Assembly (NCBI GenBank): GCA_965267195.1
Contig: OZ253942.1
Coordinates: 3,270,310-3,334,309 of the forward strand
Direction: 5' to 3'
Origin: Pseudomonadales bacterium
GTDB lineage: Bacteria; Pseudomonadota; Gammaproteobacteria; Pseudomonadales; Azotimanducaceae
Length of the DNA stretch: 64,000 nt
In this document: positions 1-11,723 of the stretch, one piece after another
How the letters are laid out: each line of letters starts with the position of its first letter
Numbering within the stretch: the first letter of the stretch is position 1
Notes under the pieces: model-generated
What the model saw: only the letters and a program-made list of their open reading frames with translations
Database searches by the model: none
Told to the model about the DNA's origin: nothing
Made by a program: the position numbers and the translations under genes

Positions 1-548
1 TCACACAGGTGAAGTCACAAGAATCCGATGGTTACTCCGCCATCCAGGTGACTGCAGGCGACGTGAAAGCCTCCCGTGTGAACAAAGCGGTTGCGGGTCA
101 CTACAGCAAGGCTTCAGTCGAAGCCGGCAGAAAGCTCTGGGAATTCCGAGTAGACGGTGAAGAAGAGCACAATGTTGGCGATTCACTGACTGTTGAAGCT
201 TTCGAAGCAGGCCAAAAAGTTGATGTTTGCGGCCAGTCCAAAGGTAAGGGCTTCGCTGGTGTCGTAAAGCGACACAACTTCTCAACCCAGGACATGTCAC
301 ACGGTAACTCCATCTCTCACCGTGCTCCGGGTTCAATCGGCCAATGTCAGACTCCAGGCCGAGTATTCAAGGGTAAGAAAATGGCAGGCCACATGGGATC
401 TGCTCGAGTAACAACTCAGACTCTGGAAATTGTCCAGATCGATCAGGAAAACAATCTGCTGTTGATTAAGGGCGCAGTCCCAGGTGCGAATGGCGGTGAT
501 GTCATCGTGACACCAGCAGTAAAGGTAGCTAGCGGAGGTGAATCTTGA
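1..548 (+). CDS. rplC: 50S ribosomal protein L3, 5'-truncated by window edge
   Basis: ORF 9..548 matches the C-terminal ~180 aa of L3 ([37 protein letters not shown]). The frame stays open to the window start and rplD follows. Confidence 0.95.
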   Translation, partial: TQVKSQESDGYSAIQVTAGDVKASRVNKAVAGHYSKASVEAGRKLWEFRVDGEEEHNVGDSLTVEAFEAGQKVDVCGQSKGKGFAGVVKRHNFSTQDMSHGNSISHRAPGSIGQCQTPGRVFKGKKMAGHMGSARVTTQTLEIVQIDQENNLLLIKGAVPGANGGDVIVTPAVKVASGGES

Positions 549-1150
549 ACCTCGATATCATAGGCGCAAGCAACGGCGTCGACGTATCCGACACAACTTT
601 TGGCCGGGAGTTTAACGAAGCTCTCGTTCACCAGGTTGTTGTCTCTTACATGGCGGGTGCTCGCCAGGGTACTAAGGCACAGAAGACTCGTTCTGAAGTG
701 CAGGGCGGTGGTCGTAAGCCATTCCGTCAAAAAGGTACTGGTCGTGCACGTGCAGGTACGATCAGAAGCCCAATCTGGAGAGGGGGCGGCACAACGTTCG
801 CTGCTAAGCCTCGCGACCATTCCAAGAAGGTCAACAAGAAGATGTATCGAGGTGCGATGCAGGCAATCTTGTCTGAGCTGGTCCGTCAGGAGCGACTGGT
901 TGTTGCAGAAGAGTTTTCAGTTGCTGAGCCAAAGACCAAAGAAGTTGCAGCCAAGTTGAAAGAACTTGATCTGACTAACGTGTTGATTGTCGTCGAAGAA
1001 GTAGACGCCAATCTTTACCTCGGTTCTCGCAACCTGAAAGACGTTGATGTGATCGACGTGCAGGGCGTAAACCCGGTCAACCTGATCGGCTTTGAAAAGG
1101 TCCTGTTCACAGTCGGCGCGCTGAAGAAAGCAGAGGAGTTGTTCGCATGA
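545..1150 (+). CDS. rplD: 50S ribosomal protein L4
   Basis: 201 aa. TTG start overlaps the rplC stop (TTGA). L4-like [17 protein letters not shown] and KGTGRARAG, in the canonical S10-operon position. Confidence 0.96.
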   Translation: MNLDIIGASNGVDVSDTTFGREFNEALVHQVVVSYMAGARQGTKAQKTRSEVQGGGRKPFRQKGTGRARAGTIRSPIWRGGGTTFAAKPRDHSKKVNKKMYRGAMQAILSELVRQERLVVAEEFSVAEPKTKEVAAKLKELDLTNVLIVVEEVDANLYLGSRNLKDVDVIDVQGVNPVNLIGFEKVLFTVGALKKAEELFA

Positions 1151-1434
1151 ACCAGGAACGCCTTTACAACATCATTCTCGGTGCACACATCTCTGAAAAA
1201 GCCGCTGTCATTGCTGACGAGGCGAACCAGTTTGCGTTCAGAGTAGCTAAAGACGCTACTGCACCTGAGATCAAGGAAGCTGTGGAAACTATTTACGAAG
1301 TGCCGGTGAAGAAAGTCACTGTCATGAACGTAAAGGGAAAAGTTAAGAGAAGCTGGCGCGGCACGAGCAAGCGCCCGAACTGGAAGAAGGCTTATGTCAG
1401 CCTGGAAGCCGGTCACGATATTGATTTCTCATAG
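1147..1434 (+). CDS. rplW: 50S ribosomal protein L23
   Basis: 95 aa. ATG overlaps the rplD stop (ATGA). Lies between L4 and L2, with typical L23 length and sequence. Confidence 0.95.
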   Translation: MNQERLYNIILGAHISEKAAVIADEANQFAFRVAKDATAPEIKEAVETIYEVPVKKVTVMNVKGKVKRSWRGTSKRPNWKKAYVSLEAGHDIDFS

Positions 1435-1456
1435 TTGAGATTTAAGAGAGCAGATC

Positions 1457-2284
1457 ATGCCAGTCGTTAAAGCCAAGCCAACATCACCAGGACGTCGATT
1501 CGTCGTTAAGGTCACTAATCCTGACCTGCATAAGGGTGAACCGTACAAGCCGCTATTGGAGAAGAAATCCAAGACCGGCGGTCGCAACAACAATGGTCGG
1601 ATTACCACCCGGCATATTGGTGGTGGCCATAAGCAGAAGTATCGAATTATCGACTTCAAACGAAACAAAGACGGCATCAAAGCCGTTGTCGAAAGACTGG
1701 AATACGATCCAAACCGCACAGCAAATATTGCGCTCCTCAAGTACGAAGATGGTGAACGACGTTACATCATCGCTCCCAAAGGCCTCCAAGCAGGCGACAT
1801 CCTTCAATCAGGTGAAATGTCTCCCATCAAGACAGGCAACTGCCTGCCGATGAGAAACATCCCGATGGGTAGTGTGATCCACTGCATCGAATTGAAGGCT
1901 GGCAAAGGTGCCCAGATGGCACGCAGTGCTGGTACATCTGCACAGCTGGTGGCAAAAGAAGGTCGTTACGTAACGCTGAGATTGCGTTCCGGTGAGATGC
2001 GCAAGGTATTAGCTGAATGTCGTGCGACTCTGGGTGAAGTATCCAATTCAGAACACAACCTGCGTTCACTGGGTAAAGCCGGTGCAAAACGCTGGCGTGG
2101 TGTTCGACCGACTGTTCGTGGTGTTGTCATGAACCCAGTAGATCACCCACATGGTGGTGGTGAAGGTAAGACCTCTGGTGGTCGTCACCCAGTATCTCCT
2201 TGGGGTGTTCCAACCAAGGGTTACAAGACTCGTAAGAATAAGCGTACGGACAAGATGATCGTTCGTCGTCGCAATAAGCGATAG
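1457..2284 (+). CDS. rplB: 50S ribosomal protein L2
   Basis: 275 aa with L2 signatures ([21 protein letters not shown]). Confidence 0.98.
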   Translation: MPVVKAKPTSPGRRFVVKVTNPDLHKGEPYKPLLEKKSKTGGRNNNGRITTRHIGGGHKQKYRIIDFKRNKDGIKAVVERLEYDPNRTANIALLKYEDGERRYIIAPKGLQAGDILQSGEMSPIKTGNCLPMRNIPMGSVIHCIELKAGKGAQMARSAGTSAQLVAKEGRYVTLRLRSGEMRKVLAECRATLGEVSNSEHNLRSLGKAGAKRWRGVRPTVRGVVMNPVDHPHGGGEGKTSGGRHPVSPWGVPTKGYKTRKNKRTDKMIVRRRNKR

Positions 2285-2294
2285 GAGAAGCATA

Positions 2295-2570
2295 GTGCCT
2301 CGTAGTTTGAAAAAAGGACCGTTTGTTGACCTGCACCTGGCAGACAAAGTGCAGAAAGCTGTCGATAGCAATGACAAGCGACCCATCAAGACCTGGTCTC
2401 GTCGATCCCTGATCACTCCGGATTTTGTCGGACTGACCATCCAGGTTCACAACGGCCGACAGCACGTCCCCGTGTTCATCAGTGAAGACATGGTTGGGCA
2501 CAAGCTGGGTGAATTTGCACTGACCCGGACTTTCCGCGGTCACGCTGCTGACAAGAAAGCCAAGCGATAA
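2295..2570 (+). CDS. rpsS: 30S ribosomal protein S19
   Basis: 91 aa, GTG start. [11 protein letters not shown] and [11 protein letters not shown] are typical of S19. Confidence 0.97.
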   Translation: MPRSLKKGPFVDLHLADKVQKAVDSNDKRPIKTWSRRSLITPDFVGLTIQVHNGRQHVPVFISEDMVGHKLGEFALTRTFRGHAADKKAKR

Positions 2571-2601
2571 GTCAGCAGGAAAGAGTTAGAGGAATTTTGA
2601 G

Positions 2602-2934
2602 ATGGAAGTAGCAGCGAAACTAAAAGGCGCAAGGCTTTCAGCACAGAAAGCACGACTGGTCGCAGATCAGATTCGTGGTAAGGAAGTCGGTGAAGCACTC
2701 GACATCCTGAACTTCAGCACTAAGAAGGGTGCTCACCTGGTTCGCAAGCTGCTGGAATCAGCAATTGCCAACGCTGAACACAATGAAGGCGCTGACGTTG
2801 ATGAACTAAAAGTATCAACGATCTTCGTCGATGAAGGTTTGACCATGAAGCGCATTAGACCGCGTGCGAAAGGTCGAGCAGACAGAATTTTGAAACGTAC
2901 TTGTCACATCACGCTTGCCGTGGCGGACGAGTAA
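2602..2934 (+). CDS. rplV: 50S ribosomal protein L22
   Basis: 110 aa, L22-like ([15 protein letters not shown]), canonical position. Confidence 0.97.
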   Translation: MEVAAKLKGARLSAQKARLVADQIRGKEVGEALDILNFSTKKGAHLVRKLLESAIANAEHNEGADVDELKVSTIFVDEGLTMKRIRPRAKGRADRILKRTCHITLAVADE

Positions 2935-2962
2935 AGCAGTAAAGGATTAGCAGGAGACCAAT

Positions 2963-3637
2963 ATGGGTCAGAAAGTACATCCCACTGGACTAAGACTGGG
3001 CATCGTTAAAGACCATACCTCTATCTGGTATGCAGACGGCCCCGCTTACGCCGAGAAGCTTCACGAAGATCTGGTGGTCCGGGATTACATCCGTAAGAAG
3101 CTGGCACAGGCTTCAGTCAGCCGAATTGAAATCCAGCGTCCTGCACAGACTGCAAGGATTACGATCCACACAGCTCGACCGGGCATCGTGATCGGTAAGA
3201 AAGGTGAAGACGTTGAACGTCTGCGCCAGGAAGTAGGCAAGATGATGGGTGTGCCCGTGCACATCAACATCGAAGAAGTTCGCAAGCCGGAATTGGATGC
3301 GCAGCTGGTTGCACAAAATGTTGCCCAGCAGCTTGAGCGTCGAGTTCAGTTCCGTCGCGCTATGAAGCGCGTTATGCAGAATGCGATGCGTCTTGGTGCT
3401 GAAGGCATCAAGGTTCGTGTAGCAGGTCGACTGGGCGGTGCAGAAATTGCTCGATCAGAAACCTATCACGAAGGTCGCGTTCCCCTGCACACGCTTCGTG
3501 CTGATGTTGACTATGCAACAGCAGAAGCCTTGACCACCTATGGAATTCTGGGCGTGAAAGTCTGGATCTTCAAAGGCGAGGTCATCGGTGAGAGGGAAGA
3601 AGGTCAGGGATCAGCAAACGTTCAGAGTTTTGGATAA
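2963..3637 (+). CDS. rpsC: 30S ribosomal protein S3
   Basis: 224 aa with S3 N-terminus [13 protein letters not shown] and KH-domain motifs. Confidence 0.98.
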   Translation: MGQKVHPTGLRLGIVKDHTSIWYADGPAYAEKLHEDLVVRDYIRKKLAQASVSRIEIQRPAQTARITIHTARPGIVIGKKGEDVERLRQEVGKMMGVPVHINIEEVRKPELDAQLVAQNVAQQLERRVQFRRAMKRVMQNAMRLGAEGIKVRVAGRLGGAEIARSETYHEGRVPLHTLRADVDYATAEALTTYGILGVKVWIFKGEVIGEREEGQGSANVQSFG

Positions 3638-3643
3638 GAAGTC

Positions 3644-4057
3644 ATGTTACAGCCAAAGAGAACAAAGTTTCGGAAAATGCAGAAGGGCCGTAACCGCGGT
3701 CTGGCACATCGTGGCAGCTCGGTTTCATTCGGTGAGTATGGTCTTAAGGCAACCGGACGTGGTCGCCTGACTGCAAGGCAGATCGAAGCAGGTCGTCGTG
3801 CGATGACTCGTCGAGTTCGTCGTGGTGGTCAAATCTGGATCCGCGTTTTCCCGGACAAGCCAATTACCAACAAACCTCTCGAAGTTCGACAGGGTAAAGG
3901 TAAGGGTAACGTTGAATATTGGGTAGCCCAGATCAAGCCAGGCAAGATCCTGTACGAGATGGAAGGTGTTACCGAAGAAGATGCGCGTGATGCGTTTCGT
4001 CTGGCTGCGGCAAAGCTGCCGTTCCCGACGACATTCGTTAAGCGCGTGGTCATGTAG
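3644..4057 (+). CDS. rplP: 50S ribosomal protein L16
   Basis: 137 aa with L16 N-terminus [11 protein letters not shown]. Confidence 0.98.
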   Translation: MLQPKRTKFRKMQKGRNRGLAHRGSSVSFGEYGLKATGRGRLTARQIEAGRRAMTRRVRRGGQIWIRVFPDKPITNKPLEVRQGKGKGNVEYWVAQIKPGKILYEMEGVTEEDARDAFRLAAAKLPFPTTFVKRVVM

Positions 4058-4074
4058 AGATAGAGATTAAGTAG

Positions 4075-4269
4075 ATGAAAGCATCGGAACTTAGAGAAAA
4101 GTCAGTTGAAGAGCTGCAGCAGGAGATCAACAACCTGTCTAAAGAGCAGTTCACATACCGCATGCAGAAGTCCACTGGCCAGTTGGGTCAGTCACATCTG
4201 CTCGGTCAGATTAAGAAAGATATCGCACGGATCAAAACCGTGATTCGCGAGAAACAGGATAACGGTTGA
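4075..4269 (+). CDS. rpmC: 50S ribosomal protein L29
   Basis: 64 aa; [17 protein letters not shown] is typical of L29. Confidence 0.96.
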   Translation: MKASELREKSVEELQQEINNLSKEQFTYRMQKSTGQLGQSHLLGQIKKDIARIKTVIREKQDNG

Positions 4270-4295
4270 TTCAACCGATTAGACAGGAAATAGGA

Positions 4296-4565
4296 ATGAG
4301 CGAAGAAAATAGCCTGGCCCGTACTGCAAGCGGCACTGTAGTCAGCAACAAGATGGACAAGACAATTACTGTCCTGGTTGAGCGACGCATTAAGCATCCG
4401 CTTTACGGCAAGTACATCAAGCGATCCAAGAAGATCCACGCCCATGACCCTGAAAACCAGTGTCAGGAAGGGGATCAGGTGACGATCGAGGAGACTAAGC
4501 CGATCTCAAAGTCGAAGGCTTGGAAGCTGAGCTCAATCGATCGTAAAGCAACGATTATCGCTTAA
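4296..4565 (+). CDS. rpsQ: 30S ribosomal protein S17
   Basis: The tracked ORF starts at 4266, but an internal ATG at 4296 preceded by AGGAAATAGGA gives the normal ~89-aa S17 ([14 protein letters not shown]). Confidence 0.93.
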   Translation: MSEENSLARTASGTVVSNKMDKTITVLVERRIKHPLYGKYIKRSKKIHAHDPENQCQEGDQVTIEETKPISKSKAWKLSSIDRKATIIA

Positions 4566-4629
4566 AGAGATTTAGGGAGTGCCGTTTTAATAACGGCGGT
4601 TCCAGAAGAAGGGACATTGGAGTAACAAA

Positions 4630-4998
4630 ATGATTCAGGCGCAAACGTATCTAGATATCGCGGACAACAGTGGTGCACGCCGCGTTATGTGCATCAAGGT
4701 GTTGGGTGGTTCCAAGCGTCGATACGCCAATGTTGGTGACATTATTAAGGTCACTGTAAAAGAAGCGATCCCCAGGGGTCGTGTAAAGAAAGGTCAGGTA
4801 TTGGACGCAGTTGTCGTTCGCACTAAGAAGGGTGTTCGTCGCCCGGACGGCAGTCTGATCAAGTTTGACGGAAACGCAGCGGTTCTACTGAACGCTCAGA
4901 AGCAGCCAATCGGTACTCGTATCTTCGGACCGGTAACACGTGAGCTGCGAACTGACAATTTCATGAGAATCGTGTCTCTGGCACCGGAAGTGTTGTAG
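4630..4998 (+). CDS. rplN: 50S ribosomal protein L14
   Basis: 122 aa with L14 N-terminus [17 protein letters not shown]. First gene of the spc block. Confidence 0.98.
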   Translation: MIQAQTYLDIADNSGARRVMCIKVLGGSKRRYANVGDIIKVTVKEAIPRGRVKKGQVLDAVVVRTKKGVRRPDGSLIKFDGNAAVLLNAQKQPIGTRIFGPVTRELRTDNFMRIVSLAPEVL

Positions 4999-5007
4999 AG
5001 GTTAGGT

Positions 5008-5325
5008 ATGCAGAAGATCAAAAAAGATGACCAGGTGATTGTAATCACCGGTAGAGACAAAGGTAAGACTGGTGCGGTAACGCGAATCCTTGACGATGGA
5101 CGTGTCTACGTTTCAGGCGTGAACATGATTAAGCGTCACACCAAGGGTAATCCTCAGATGAATCAGCCTGGCGGCATCATCGAGAAGGAAGCGCCCATCC
5201 AGGCTTCCAACGTTGCGATTTACAACAGCGCAACTAACAAGGCAGACAAGGTAGGTATCAAGGTACTCGACGGCGGTGAAAAAGTCCGGGTATTCAAATC
5301 TACCGGTGAACAAATAGACGGTTAA
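5008..5325 (+). CDS. rplX: 50S ribosomal protein L24
   Basis: 105 aa, KOW-like [15 protein letters not shown]. Confidence 0.97.
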   Translation: MQKIKKDDQVIVITGRDKGKTGAVTRILDDGRVYVSGVNMIKRHTKGNPQMNQPGGIIEKEAPIQASNVAIYNSATNKADKVGIKVLDGGEKVRVFKSTGEQIDG

Positions 5326-5330
5326 ACGAA

Positions 5331-5885
5331 ATGGCAAACCTAAAAGAAGTTTACGAACAGGAAATTCGGCCAAAGCTGCAGGAAGAGCTGGGTCTTTCCA
5401 ATGTGATGGAAGTGCCTCGCATCACCAAGATCACCTTGAACATGGGTGTTGGTGAAGCTGTAGCAGATCGCAAGCAGTTGGATGCTGCGGTTTCCGACAT
5501 GGAAGCAATCGCAGGCCAGAAGGCAGTACTGACGAAAGCGCGTAAATCGATCGCTGGATTCAAGATTCGTGACGACATGCCCATCGGCTGCAAGGTAACC
5601 CTGCGAAGAGAACGCATGTACGAGTTCCTGGATCGACTGATCAACATCGCTATCCCACGTCAGCGTGACTTCCGCGGCATCAGCCCGAAGTCTTTCGATG
5701 GTCGCGGCAACTTTGCGATGGGTATTACAGAACAGATCGTTTTCCCGGAAATTGACTACGACAAGATTGACAAGATTCGTGGTCTGGATATTGCGATCAC
5801 AACAACTGCAAAAACTGATGACCAGAGCCGGGCACTGCTCCGTGCATTCAACTTCCCGCTGCGGGAAACGAATACAGCGGCGTAA
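5331..5885 (+). CDS. rplE: 50S ribosomal protein L5
   Basis: 184 aa, L5-like ([21 protein letters not shown]). Confidence 0.98.
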   Translation: MANLKEVYEQEIRPKLQEELGLSNVMEVPRITKITLNMGVGEAVADRKQLDAAVSDMEAIAGQKAVLTKARKSIAGFKIRDDMPIGCKVTLRRERMYEFLDRLINIAIPRQRDFRGISPKSFDGRGNFAMGITEQIVFPEIDYDKIDKIRGLDIAITTTAKTDDQSRALLRAFNFPLRETNTAA

Positions 5886-5906
5886 CCCAAGAGGACAGAT
5901 AAACCT

Positions 5907-6212
5907 ATGGCTAAAGTATCCATGATTAACCGCGAGCTGAAGCGTCAGAAAACAGCTAAGAAGTACGCGGCGAAGCGAGCAGCATTGAAAGCGATTATCG
6001 CGAACCCAGAGTCAACTGATGACGAAAGATGGGACGCTCAGCTGAAGCTGCAAAAACTGCCCAGGAATGCGAGCCCTTGCCGACAGGTAAGACGCTGTAG
6101 CCTGACAGGTCGCCCACATGCGGTTTATCGAAGATTTGGTTTGTCACGTAACAAGCTGCGTGAAGCGGCAATGCGTGGCGACGTGCCAGGACTTGTTAAG
6201 TCCAGCTGGTAA
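5907..6212 (+). CDS. rpsN: 30S ribosomal protein S14 (long form)
   Basis: 101 aa, ends ...[11 protein letters not shown] as in S14. Confidence 0.97.
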   Translation: MAKVSMINRELKRQKTAKKYAAKRAALKAIIANPESTDDERWDAQLKLQKLPRNASPCRQVRRCSLTGRPHAVYRRFGLSRNKLREAAMRGDVPGLVKSSW

Positions 6213-6234
6213 GCAAGGGAAAAGGTAAAAAGTT

Positions 6235-6633
6235 ATGACTATGCAAGATCCAATGTCGGACATGCTGACCCGGATACGGAACGCACAAAGCGCCAATATC
6301 CCTAGCGTCACCATGCCGTCCTCAACGCTGAAGGTTGCTGTTGCCGAAGTGTTGAAAGAAGAAGGTTTCATCGAGAGCTGCAGTGTAGAGCAAGGCGAAG
6401 GTGGAAAGGCTGACCTGAACATTGAACTGCGTTATTACCAGGGTAAGCCGGTTATTGAAGAGATCAAGCGCATGAGCCGCCCTGGTCTTCGTCAGTACAA
6501 GAACAAAGATGAGATCCCCCAGGTTAAAGGTGGTCTCGGAATCGTCATCCTGTCCACGAACAAGGGTGTGATGACAGATCGTGCAGCCCGAGCTCAGGGC
6601 GTAGGTGGAGAACTGATCTGCTCAGTGTTCTAA
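6235..6633 (+). CDS. rpsH: 30S ribosomal protein S8
   Basis: 132 aa with N-terminus [17 protein letters not shown]. Confidence 0.98.
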   Translation: MTMQDPMSDMLTRIRNAQSANIPSVTMPSSTLKVAVAEVLKEEGFIESCSVEQGEGGKADLNIELRYYQGKPVIEEIKRMSRPGLRQYKNKDEIPQVKGGLGIVILSTNKGVMTDRAARAQGVGGELICSVF

Positions 6634-6662
6634 ACACTGAGTCCGATAGAAGGTAACGAGTT

Positions 6663-7196
6663 ATGTCACGTATTGCTAATAACCCAGTATCGATCCCCAA
6701 GGGTGTTGAGATTTCCATCAGCGGCCAGGATCTGAACGTTAAAGGTTCTAAGGGCAATTTGTCTTTGACCATGCATGAGTTGGTTGAGATTTCCCAGGAA
6801 GAAGACACGCTGAAGCTGAAGGCAACTGAGAACTCCAAGAAGTCTGTTGCGCTGGCTGGAACTTTCCGCTCACTAGTTAACAACATGGTGACTGGCGTCA
6901 GCGATGGGTTCACTAAAGAACTGGAGCTGCAGGGCGTTGGTTATCGTGCTCAGGCTCAGGGTAAGAAACTGAATCTGTCACTTGGCTTCTCTCACCCGGT
7001 TGTTTACGAAGCACCTGAAGGCATTGAGATCGAAACACCAAGCCAGACTCAGGTCATTGTGAAGGGTATCGACAAGCAGCTGGTAGGCCAGGTATCTGCA
7101 GAGATTCGTGCCTTCCGTCCGCCAGAGCCTTACAAGGGCAAAGGTGTTCGATACGCAGATGAGTACGTGAAGCGCAAAGAAGCGAAGAAGAAATAA
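6663..7196 (+). CDS. rplF: 50S ribosomal protein L6
   Basis: 177 aa with N-terminus [16 protein letters not shown]. Confidence 0.98.
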   Translation: MSRIANNPVSIPKGVEISISGQDLNVKGSKGNLSLTMHELVEISQEEDTLKLKATENSKKSVALAGTFRSLVNNMVTGVSDGFTKELELQGVGYRAQAQGKKLNLSLGFSHPVVYEAPEGIEIETPSQTQVIVKGIDKQLVGQVSAEIRAFRPPEPYKGKGVRYADEYVKRKEAKKK

Positions 7197-7210
7197 TTAG
7201 GTTTATAGCT

Positions 7211-7561
7211 ATGGACAAGAAAAAAGCAGCCCGATTGAAGAGAGCAAAGAGAGCTCGCATGCATATCCGCGAGCTGGAAATGCCACGCTTGTGTGTATAT
7301 CGCTCACCGCGACATATCTATGCCCAGATTATCTCGGCTTCTGGCGAGCAGGTTCAGGCATCTGCGTCTTCGCTCGATCCAGAACTGCGTGGTGACAACA
7401 AAGGTAACGCGCAGGACGCGGCCAAAGTTGGCGCCAAAATCGCTGAGAAGGCAAAAGCAGCGGGTATCGAGAAGGTCGCATTTGACCGATCCGGTTACCA
7501 GTATCACGGCAGGGTCAAGGCTTTGGCCGATGCTGCGAGAGAAGGTGGTTTGCAGTTCTAA
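7211..7561 (+). CDS. rplR: 50S ribosomal protein L18
   Basis: 116 aa; C-terminus [19 protein letters not shown] is typical of L18. Confidence 0.97.
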   Translation: MDKKKAARLKRAKRARMHIRELEMPRLCVYRSPRHIYAQIISASGEQVQASASSLDPELRGDNKGNAQDAAKVGAKIAEKAKAAGIEKVAFDRSGYQYHGRVKALADAAREGGLQF

Positions 7562-7592
7562 GAACTGTAAAAGGAATCATTGAGGAAAAGTA

Positions 7593-8096
7593 ATGGCTTA
7601 TAACGAGCAGGACAACGAAGAAGGCATCCAGGAAAAACTGGTACAGGTAAACCGGGTAGCCAAAGTCGTTAAAGGTGGTCGAATCTTCGGTTTCACTGCG
7701 CTGACTGTAGTGGGCGATGGTAATGGTCGAGTGGGATTTGGTCGCGGCAAGGCTCGCGAGGTTCCTCTGGCGATTCAGAAAGCTATGGAAGCAGCTCGTC
7801 GCAACATGATCAGTGTTGACCTGAAGGGTTCAACCATTCAGTACCCGATCACAGGTCGTCACGGCGCCTCCAAGATTTACATGCAGCCTGCATCTGAAGG
7901 TACAGGAATCATTGCCGGTAAGACGATGCGTGCGGTACTCGAAGTGGCAGGTGTTCATGACGTTCTGGCCAAGTCTTACGGTTCAACCAACCCGGTAAAC
8001 GTTATCCAGGCGACTTTCAAAGGTCTGCAGGACATGCGTTCTCCGGAAAGTGTCGCTGAGAAGCGCGGCAAGACAGTCGAAGAAATTACGGGTTAA
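7593..8096 (+). CDS. rpsE: 30S ribosomal protein S5
   Basis: 167 aa, S5-like ([23 protein letters not shown]). Confidence 0.98.
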   Translation: MAYNEQDNEEGIQEKLVQVNRVAKVVKGGRIFGFTALTVVGDGNGRVGFGRGKAREVPLAIQKAMEAARRNMISVDLKGSTIQYPITGRHGASKIYMQPASEGTGIIAGKTMRAVLEVAGVHDVLAKSYGSTNPVNVIQATFKGLQDMRSPESVAEKRGKTVEEITG

Positions 8097-8101
8097 TCAC
8101 A

Positions 8102-8287
8102 ATGGCTGCGAAGAAGATCAAAGTTACTCAGACAAAAAGCACAATTGGTCGCCTTAAATCTCACAAGGCGTGTATTGCTGGTCTGGGTCTGAGAAGAATC
8201 AGACATACAGTAGAAGTGGAAGACACTCCTGCAGTTCGGGGCATGATCAACAAAGTGTCCTACATGGTAAGTGTCGAGGAAGGTTAG
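8102..8287 (+). CDS. rpmD: 50S ribosomal protein L30
   Basis: 61 aa, lies between S5 and L15, typical L30 sequence. Confidence 0.95.
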   Translation: MAAKKIKVTQTKSTIGRLKSHKACIAGLGLRRIRHTVEVEDTPAVRGMINKVSYMVSVEEG

Positions 8288-8289
8288 TC

Positions 8290-8724
8290 ATGCAACTGAA
8301 TACATTGAAGCCAGGGGCGGGTAGCCGCAGTCCTCGCAAGCGAGTTGGTCGTGGTATCGGCAGCGGTCTGGGTAAGACCTGTGGCCGTGGTCACAAGGGT
8401 CAGAAGTCTCGATCCGGTGGTCGAATTCGACGAGGTTTTGAAGGTGGTCAGCAGCCTCTGCAGATGCGTTTACCAAAGTTTGGTTTCAACTCTGCCAAGG
8501 CAAGGATCACAACTGAAGTGACACTGTCTGAACTGGCAAAAGTTGATGCAGACGTTATCGACGTACAGGCATTGATCGACGCAGACGTCATCAAGGGCAC
8601 GATGAAGCGCGCCAAGGTGATTCTGTCTGGAAGCATCGACAAAGCAGTCACTCTGAAAGGCATCCGTGCCACCAAGGGTGCGAAAGAAGCGATCGAAGCC
8701 GCTGGCGGCAAGGTCGAAGAGTAA
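8290..8724 (+). CDS. rplO: 50S ribosomal protein L15
   Basis: The tracked ORF 8170..8724 runs through rpmD. The ATG at 8290 ([13 protein letters not shown]...) gives the normal 144-aa L15. Confidence 0.95.
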   Translation: MQLNTLKPGAGSRSPRKRVGRGIGSGLGKTCGRGHKGQKSRSGGRIRRGFEGGQQPLQMRLPKFGFNSAKARITTEVTLSELAKVDADVIDVQALIDADVIKGTMKRAKVILSGSIDKAVTLKGIRATKGAKEAIEAAGGKVEE

Positions 8725-8757
8725 GAACTTTAGAAGTTAAAGAGTAACGATAAGAGC

Positions 8758-10089
8758 ATGAGCAGTTCTGTAGCAGATAGAGCAAACGCCATGATGGCGG
8801 GAGGAGGCTTGTCCGAGTTGTGGGCAAGACTGCGCTTTGTGCTGCTCGCGATTATTGTTTATCGAATTGGCAGCCACATCCCATTGCCAGGCATTAACCC
8901 AGATCGCCTTGCAGCTCTGTTCGATCAGAACCAGGGCGGCATTCTTGATCTGGTCAACATGTTCTCGGGCGGCGCCATCGAGCGTATGAGTATTCTTGCG
9001 CTTGGAATCATGCCCTACATTTCGGCATCGATTATTTCGAACCTGATTGTTGCAACCACGCCATCGTTGCAGCAGCTCAGGAAAGAAGGTGAAGCAGGAC
9101 GTCGTAAGATCGCCCAGTACACGCGTTACGGTACGTTGCTTCTGGCGACCATCCAGGGTTTCGCGATGAGTAATGGTCTCGCGTCCCAGGGTCTGGCTTA
9201 TGCCCCAGATTTTGCTTTCCATTTCGTTGCCATTACGACATTGGTTACGGGAGCCATGTTTATGATGTGGCTGGGTGAGCAGGTGACTGAACGTGGTATC
9301 GGTAACGGTATCTCTATTCTGATTTTCACCGGTATTGTTGCGGGATTCCCAAGTGCTATTGGCCAGTCATTTGAACAGGCTCGCCAGGGTGAGATTTCGA
9401 TCATTGCACTGTTGCTGATTGCAGCCATTGCGATTGCCATTGTGGGCTTCGTTGTTTTCATCGAGCGCGGTCAGAGAAGAATCACTGTGAACTACGCCAG
9501 GCGTCAGCAGGGCAGACAGCAGTATGCGGCGCAAAGCAGCCACTTGCCTCTGAAGATCAACATGGCTGGTGTTATTCCGGCGATCTTTGCAAGCAGCCTG
9601 TTGTTGTTCCCGGCATCCATTGGTCAGTGGTTCGGTCAGTCGCCAGGTATGGAGTGGTTGCAGGACCTGAGTCTTTTGATTGCACCAGGCCAGCCGCTGA
9701 ATGTGATCCTGTTTTCATTGGGCATTATTTTCTTCTGCTTCTGGTATACGGCAATCATGTTTAACCCGAAGGAAGTAGCGGACAACCTGAAAAAGTCAGG
9801 CGCATTTATCCCAGGATTCCGTCCTGGTGATCAAACCGCTCGACACATTGATACGATTTTGACGCGACTCACGCTGGTGGGTTCGCTTTACATGACGGCT
9901 GTGTGCCTGCTGCCACAGTTCCTGATTCTGCAGTTCAACATTACCTTCCAGCTTGGAGGTACAGCGCTGCTGATCGTGGTGGTTGTCGTCATGGATTTTA
10001 TGGCGCAGGTGCAGACACATTTGATGTCTCATCAGTATGAATCTCTGATGAAGAAATCGAATCTGCAGAATTTTGGTACAAGACGCTAA
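8758..10089 (+). CDS. secY: preprotein translocase subunit SecY
   Basis: 443 aa, polytopic, SecY-like sequence at the canonical end of the spc operon. Confidence 0.98.
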   Translation: MSSSVADRANAMMAGGGLSELWARLRFVLLAIIVYRIGSHIPLPGINPDRLAALFDQNQGGILDLVNMFSGGAIERMSILALGIMPYISASIISNLIVATTPSLQQLRKEGEAGRRKIAQYTRYGTLLLATIQGFAMSNGLASQGLAYAPDFAFHFVAITTLVTGAMFMMWLGEQVTERGIGNGISILIFTGIVAGFPSAIGQSFEQARQGEISIIALLLIAAIAIAIVGFVVFIERGQRRITVNYARRQQGRQQYAAQSSHLPLKINMAGVIPAIFASSLLLFPASIGQWFGQSPGMEWLQDLSLLIAPGQPLNVILFSLGIIFFCFWYTAIMFNPKEVADNLKKSGAFIPGFRPGDQTARHIDTILTRLTLVGSLYMTAVCLLPQFLILQFNITFQLGGTALLIVVVVVMDFMAQVQTHLMSHQYESLMKKSNLQNFGTRR

Positions 10090-10103
10090 CTGAGAGAACA
10101 GCG

Positions 10104-10217
10104 ATGAAAGTCAGAGCTTCAGTAAAAAAGATGTGCAGAAACTGCCGCATCATCCGGCGCAAAGGTTCCGTGCGAGTGATTTGCAGTGAACCACGTCATA
10201 AGCAGCGGCAAGGATAA
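10104..10217 (+). CDS. rpmJ: 50S ribosomal protein L36 (zinc-ribbon type)
   Basis: Below the ORF-track cutoff. ATG at 10104 translates to [37 protein letters not shown], stop at 10215-10217. Lies between secY and rpsM. Confidence 0.95.
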   Translation: MKVRASVKKMCRNCRIIRRKGSVRVICSEPRHKQRQG

Positions 10218-10232
10218 AGGAGAGCAATTCCT

Positions 10233-10589
10233 ATGGCTCGATTAGCCGGGATCAACATCCCCGACAACAAACACGCAGAGATTTCTCTGACGTACATCTA
10301 CGGTATCGGTCGCACGACTGCACAGCAGCTGTGTGAGACGACGGGCGTCAGCCCGACCGCCAAAATCCAGGATCTGACAGAAGATGATCTGGACAAGCTG
10401 CGAAATGAAATCGCCAAGATGAACGTAGAAGGTGATCTGCGTCGTGAAAACCAGCTGAACATTAAGCGTCTGCTGGACCTTGGCTGCTACCGAGGAATTC
10501 GCCATCGCCGTGGTCTGCCACTGCGTGGTCAACGAACGAAGACAAACGCGCGTACCCGGAAAGGACCTAAGCGTCCGATCCGTAAGTAA
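10233..10589 (+). CDS. rpsM: 30S ribosomal protein S13
   Basis: 118 aa with N-terminus [14 protein letters not shown]. Confidence 0.98.
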   Translation: MARLAGINIPDNKHAEISLTYIYGIGRTTAQQLCETTGVSPTAKIQDLTEDDLDKLRNEIAKMNVEGDLRRENQLNIKRLLDLGCYRGIRHRRGLPLRGQRTKTNARTRKGPKRPIRK

Positions 10590-10618
10590 GCCGATCGTTA
10601 ATTTAAGAGAATCGACAT

Positions 10619-11044
10619 ATGTCTGAAGTAGAAACTACAACGCCAGAAGCAGAAACTGCTGCACCGGCACCGACGCGCGTCAAGAAAGGCAAGCGTCAGG
10701 TAGTCGATGGTCTGGCGCACATTCATGCTTCCTTTAACAACACAATCATTATGATTACTGATCGTCAGGGCGGCGCACTTGCATGGGCAACTGCGGGTGG
10801 CTCTGGTTTCCGTGGCGCACGAAAAAGCACACCTTTTGCTGCTCAGGTAGCCGCAGAACGTGCTGGTACAGCAGCCCAGGAATACGGTCTGCAGAACCTG
10901 GAAGTGTTTGTTAAGGGTCCTGGACCCGGCCGCGAAGCTGCGGTTCGTGCACTGAATGCCGTTGGTTATCGAATCACCAACATCACAGACGTCACACCGA
11001 TTCCACACAACGGGTGCAGACCCCCTAAGAAGCGTAGGGTTTAA
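10619..11044 (+). CDS. rpsK: 30S ribosomal protein S11 (acidic/Thr-Ala-Pro N-terminal extension)
   Basis: 141 aa; the core [18 protein letters not shown]...[13 protein letters not shown] is S11. Confidence 0.96.
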   Translation: MSEVETTTPEAETAAPAPTRVKKGKRQVVDGLAHIHASFNNTIIMITDRQGGALAWATAGGSGFRGARKSTPFAAQVAAERAGTAAQEYGLQNLEVFVKGPGPGREAAVRALNAVGYRITNITDVTPIPHNGCRPPKKRRV

Positions 11045-11059
11045 CCGAGGAGATTAATC

Positions 11060-11680
11060 ATGGCCCGATATCTCGGACCCAAGTTGAAATTATCCAGACG
11101 AGAGGGAACAGATCTGTTCCTGAAGAGCGGCGTTCGTCCTCTCGAGTCTAAGTGCCGAGCAGAAAGTGCACCAGGCCAGCATGGCCAGCGTCGTACTCGT
11201 AACTCGGACTATGCGGTACAGCTGAGAGAAAAGCAGAAGGTACGTCGACTGTACGGTGTGCTGGAAAAGCAGTTCCGCAACTACTACAAGAAGGCTGATC
11301 GTCAGAAAGGCGCAACCGGTATGAACCTGCTGCGTATCCTTGAGCGTCGCCTGGACAACGTTGTCTATCGTATGGGTTACGGATCCACTCGTGCGGAATC
11401 ACGTCAGCTGGTTTCCCACAAGTCGATCACAGTTAATGGTTCTGTCGTCAACATCCCGTCCTACCAGGTAGAGGCAGGTGATGTTGTTGCGGTTCGTGAA
11501 AAATCACGTAACCAGCTCAGAATTCAGGGTGCGCTGGCACTGTCAGCAAACCGGGCTCCGGTACCCTGGGTTGAAGTGAATGCGGACAAGATGGAAGGCG
11601 TCTTTAAAGCCTATCCAGAGCGCGATGAACTGCCGCAGGAAATCAACGAAAACCTGATCGTCGAGCTTTACTCTAAGTAA
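11060..11680 (+). CDS. rpsD: 30S ribosomal protein S4
   Basis: 206 aa with N-terminus [16 protein letters not shown]. Confidence 0.98.
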   Translation: MARYLGPKLKLSRREGTDLFLKSGVRPLESKCRAESAPGQHGQRRTRNSDYAVQLREKQKVRRLYGVLEKQFRNYYKKADRQKGATGMNLLRILERRLDNVVYRMGYGSTRAESRQLVSHKSITVNGSVVNIPSYQVEAGDVVAVREKSRNQLRIQGALALSANRAPVPWVEVNADKMEGVFKAYPERDELPQEINENLIVELYSK

Positions 11681-11723
11681 TTCGAAACGATCTAGAACAG
11701 TTATTCATCTTAAAGGTGAGAAT

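Noticed and set aside
4581-4597. Hairpin GCCGTT-TTAAT-AACGGC between rpsQ and rplN, considered as an S10-operon terminator.
   Set aside because: It has only a 6-bp stem and no following T-tract, which is too weak to call. It could still be part of the spc leader.
8170-8289. Long form of rplO starting at 8170 (and similarly rpsQ at 4266, rsfS at 23353, ybeD at 30172).
   Set aside because: The upstream extensions overlap the preceding genes and add non-homologous residues. Internal ATGs give canonical protein N-termini and lengths.
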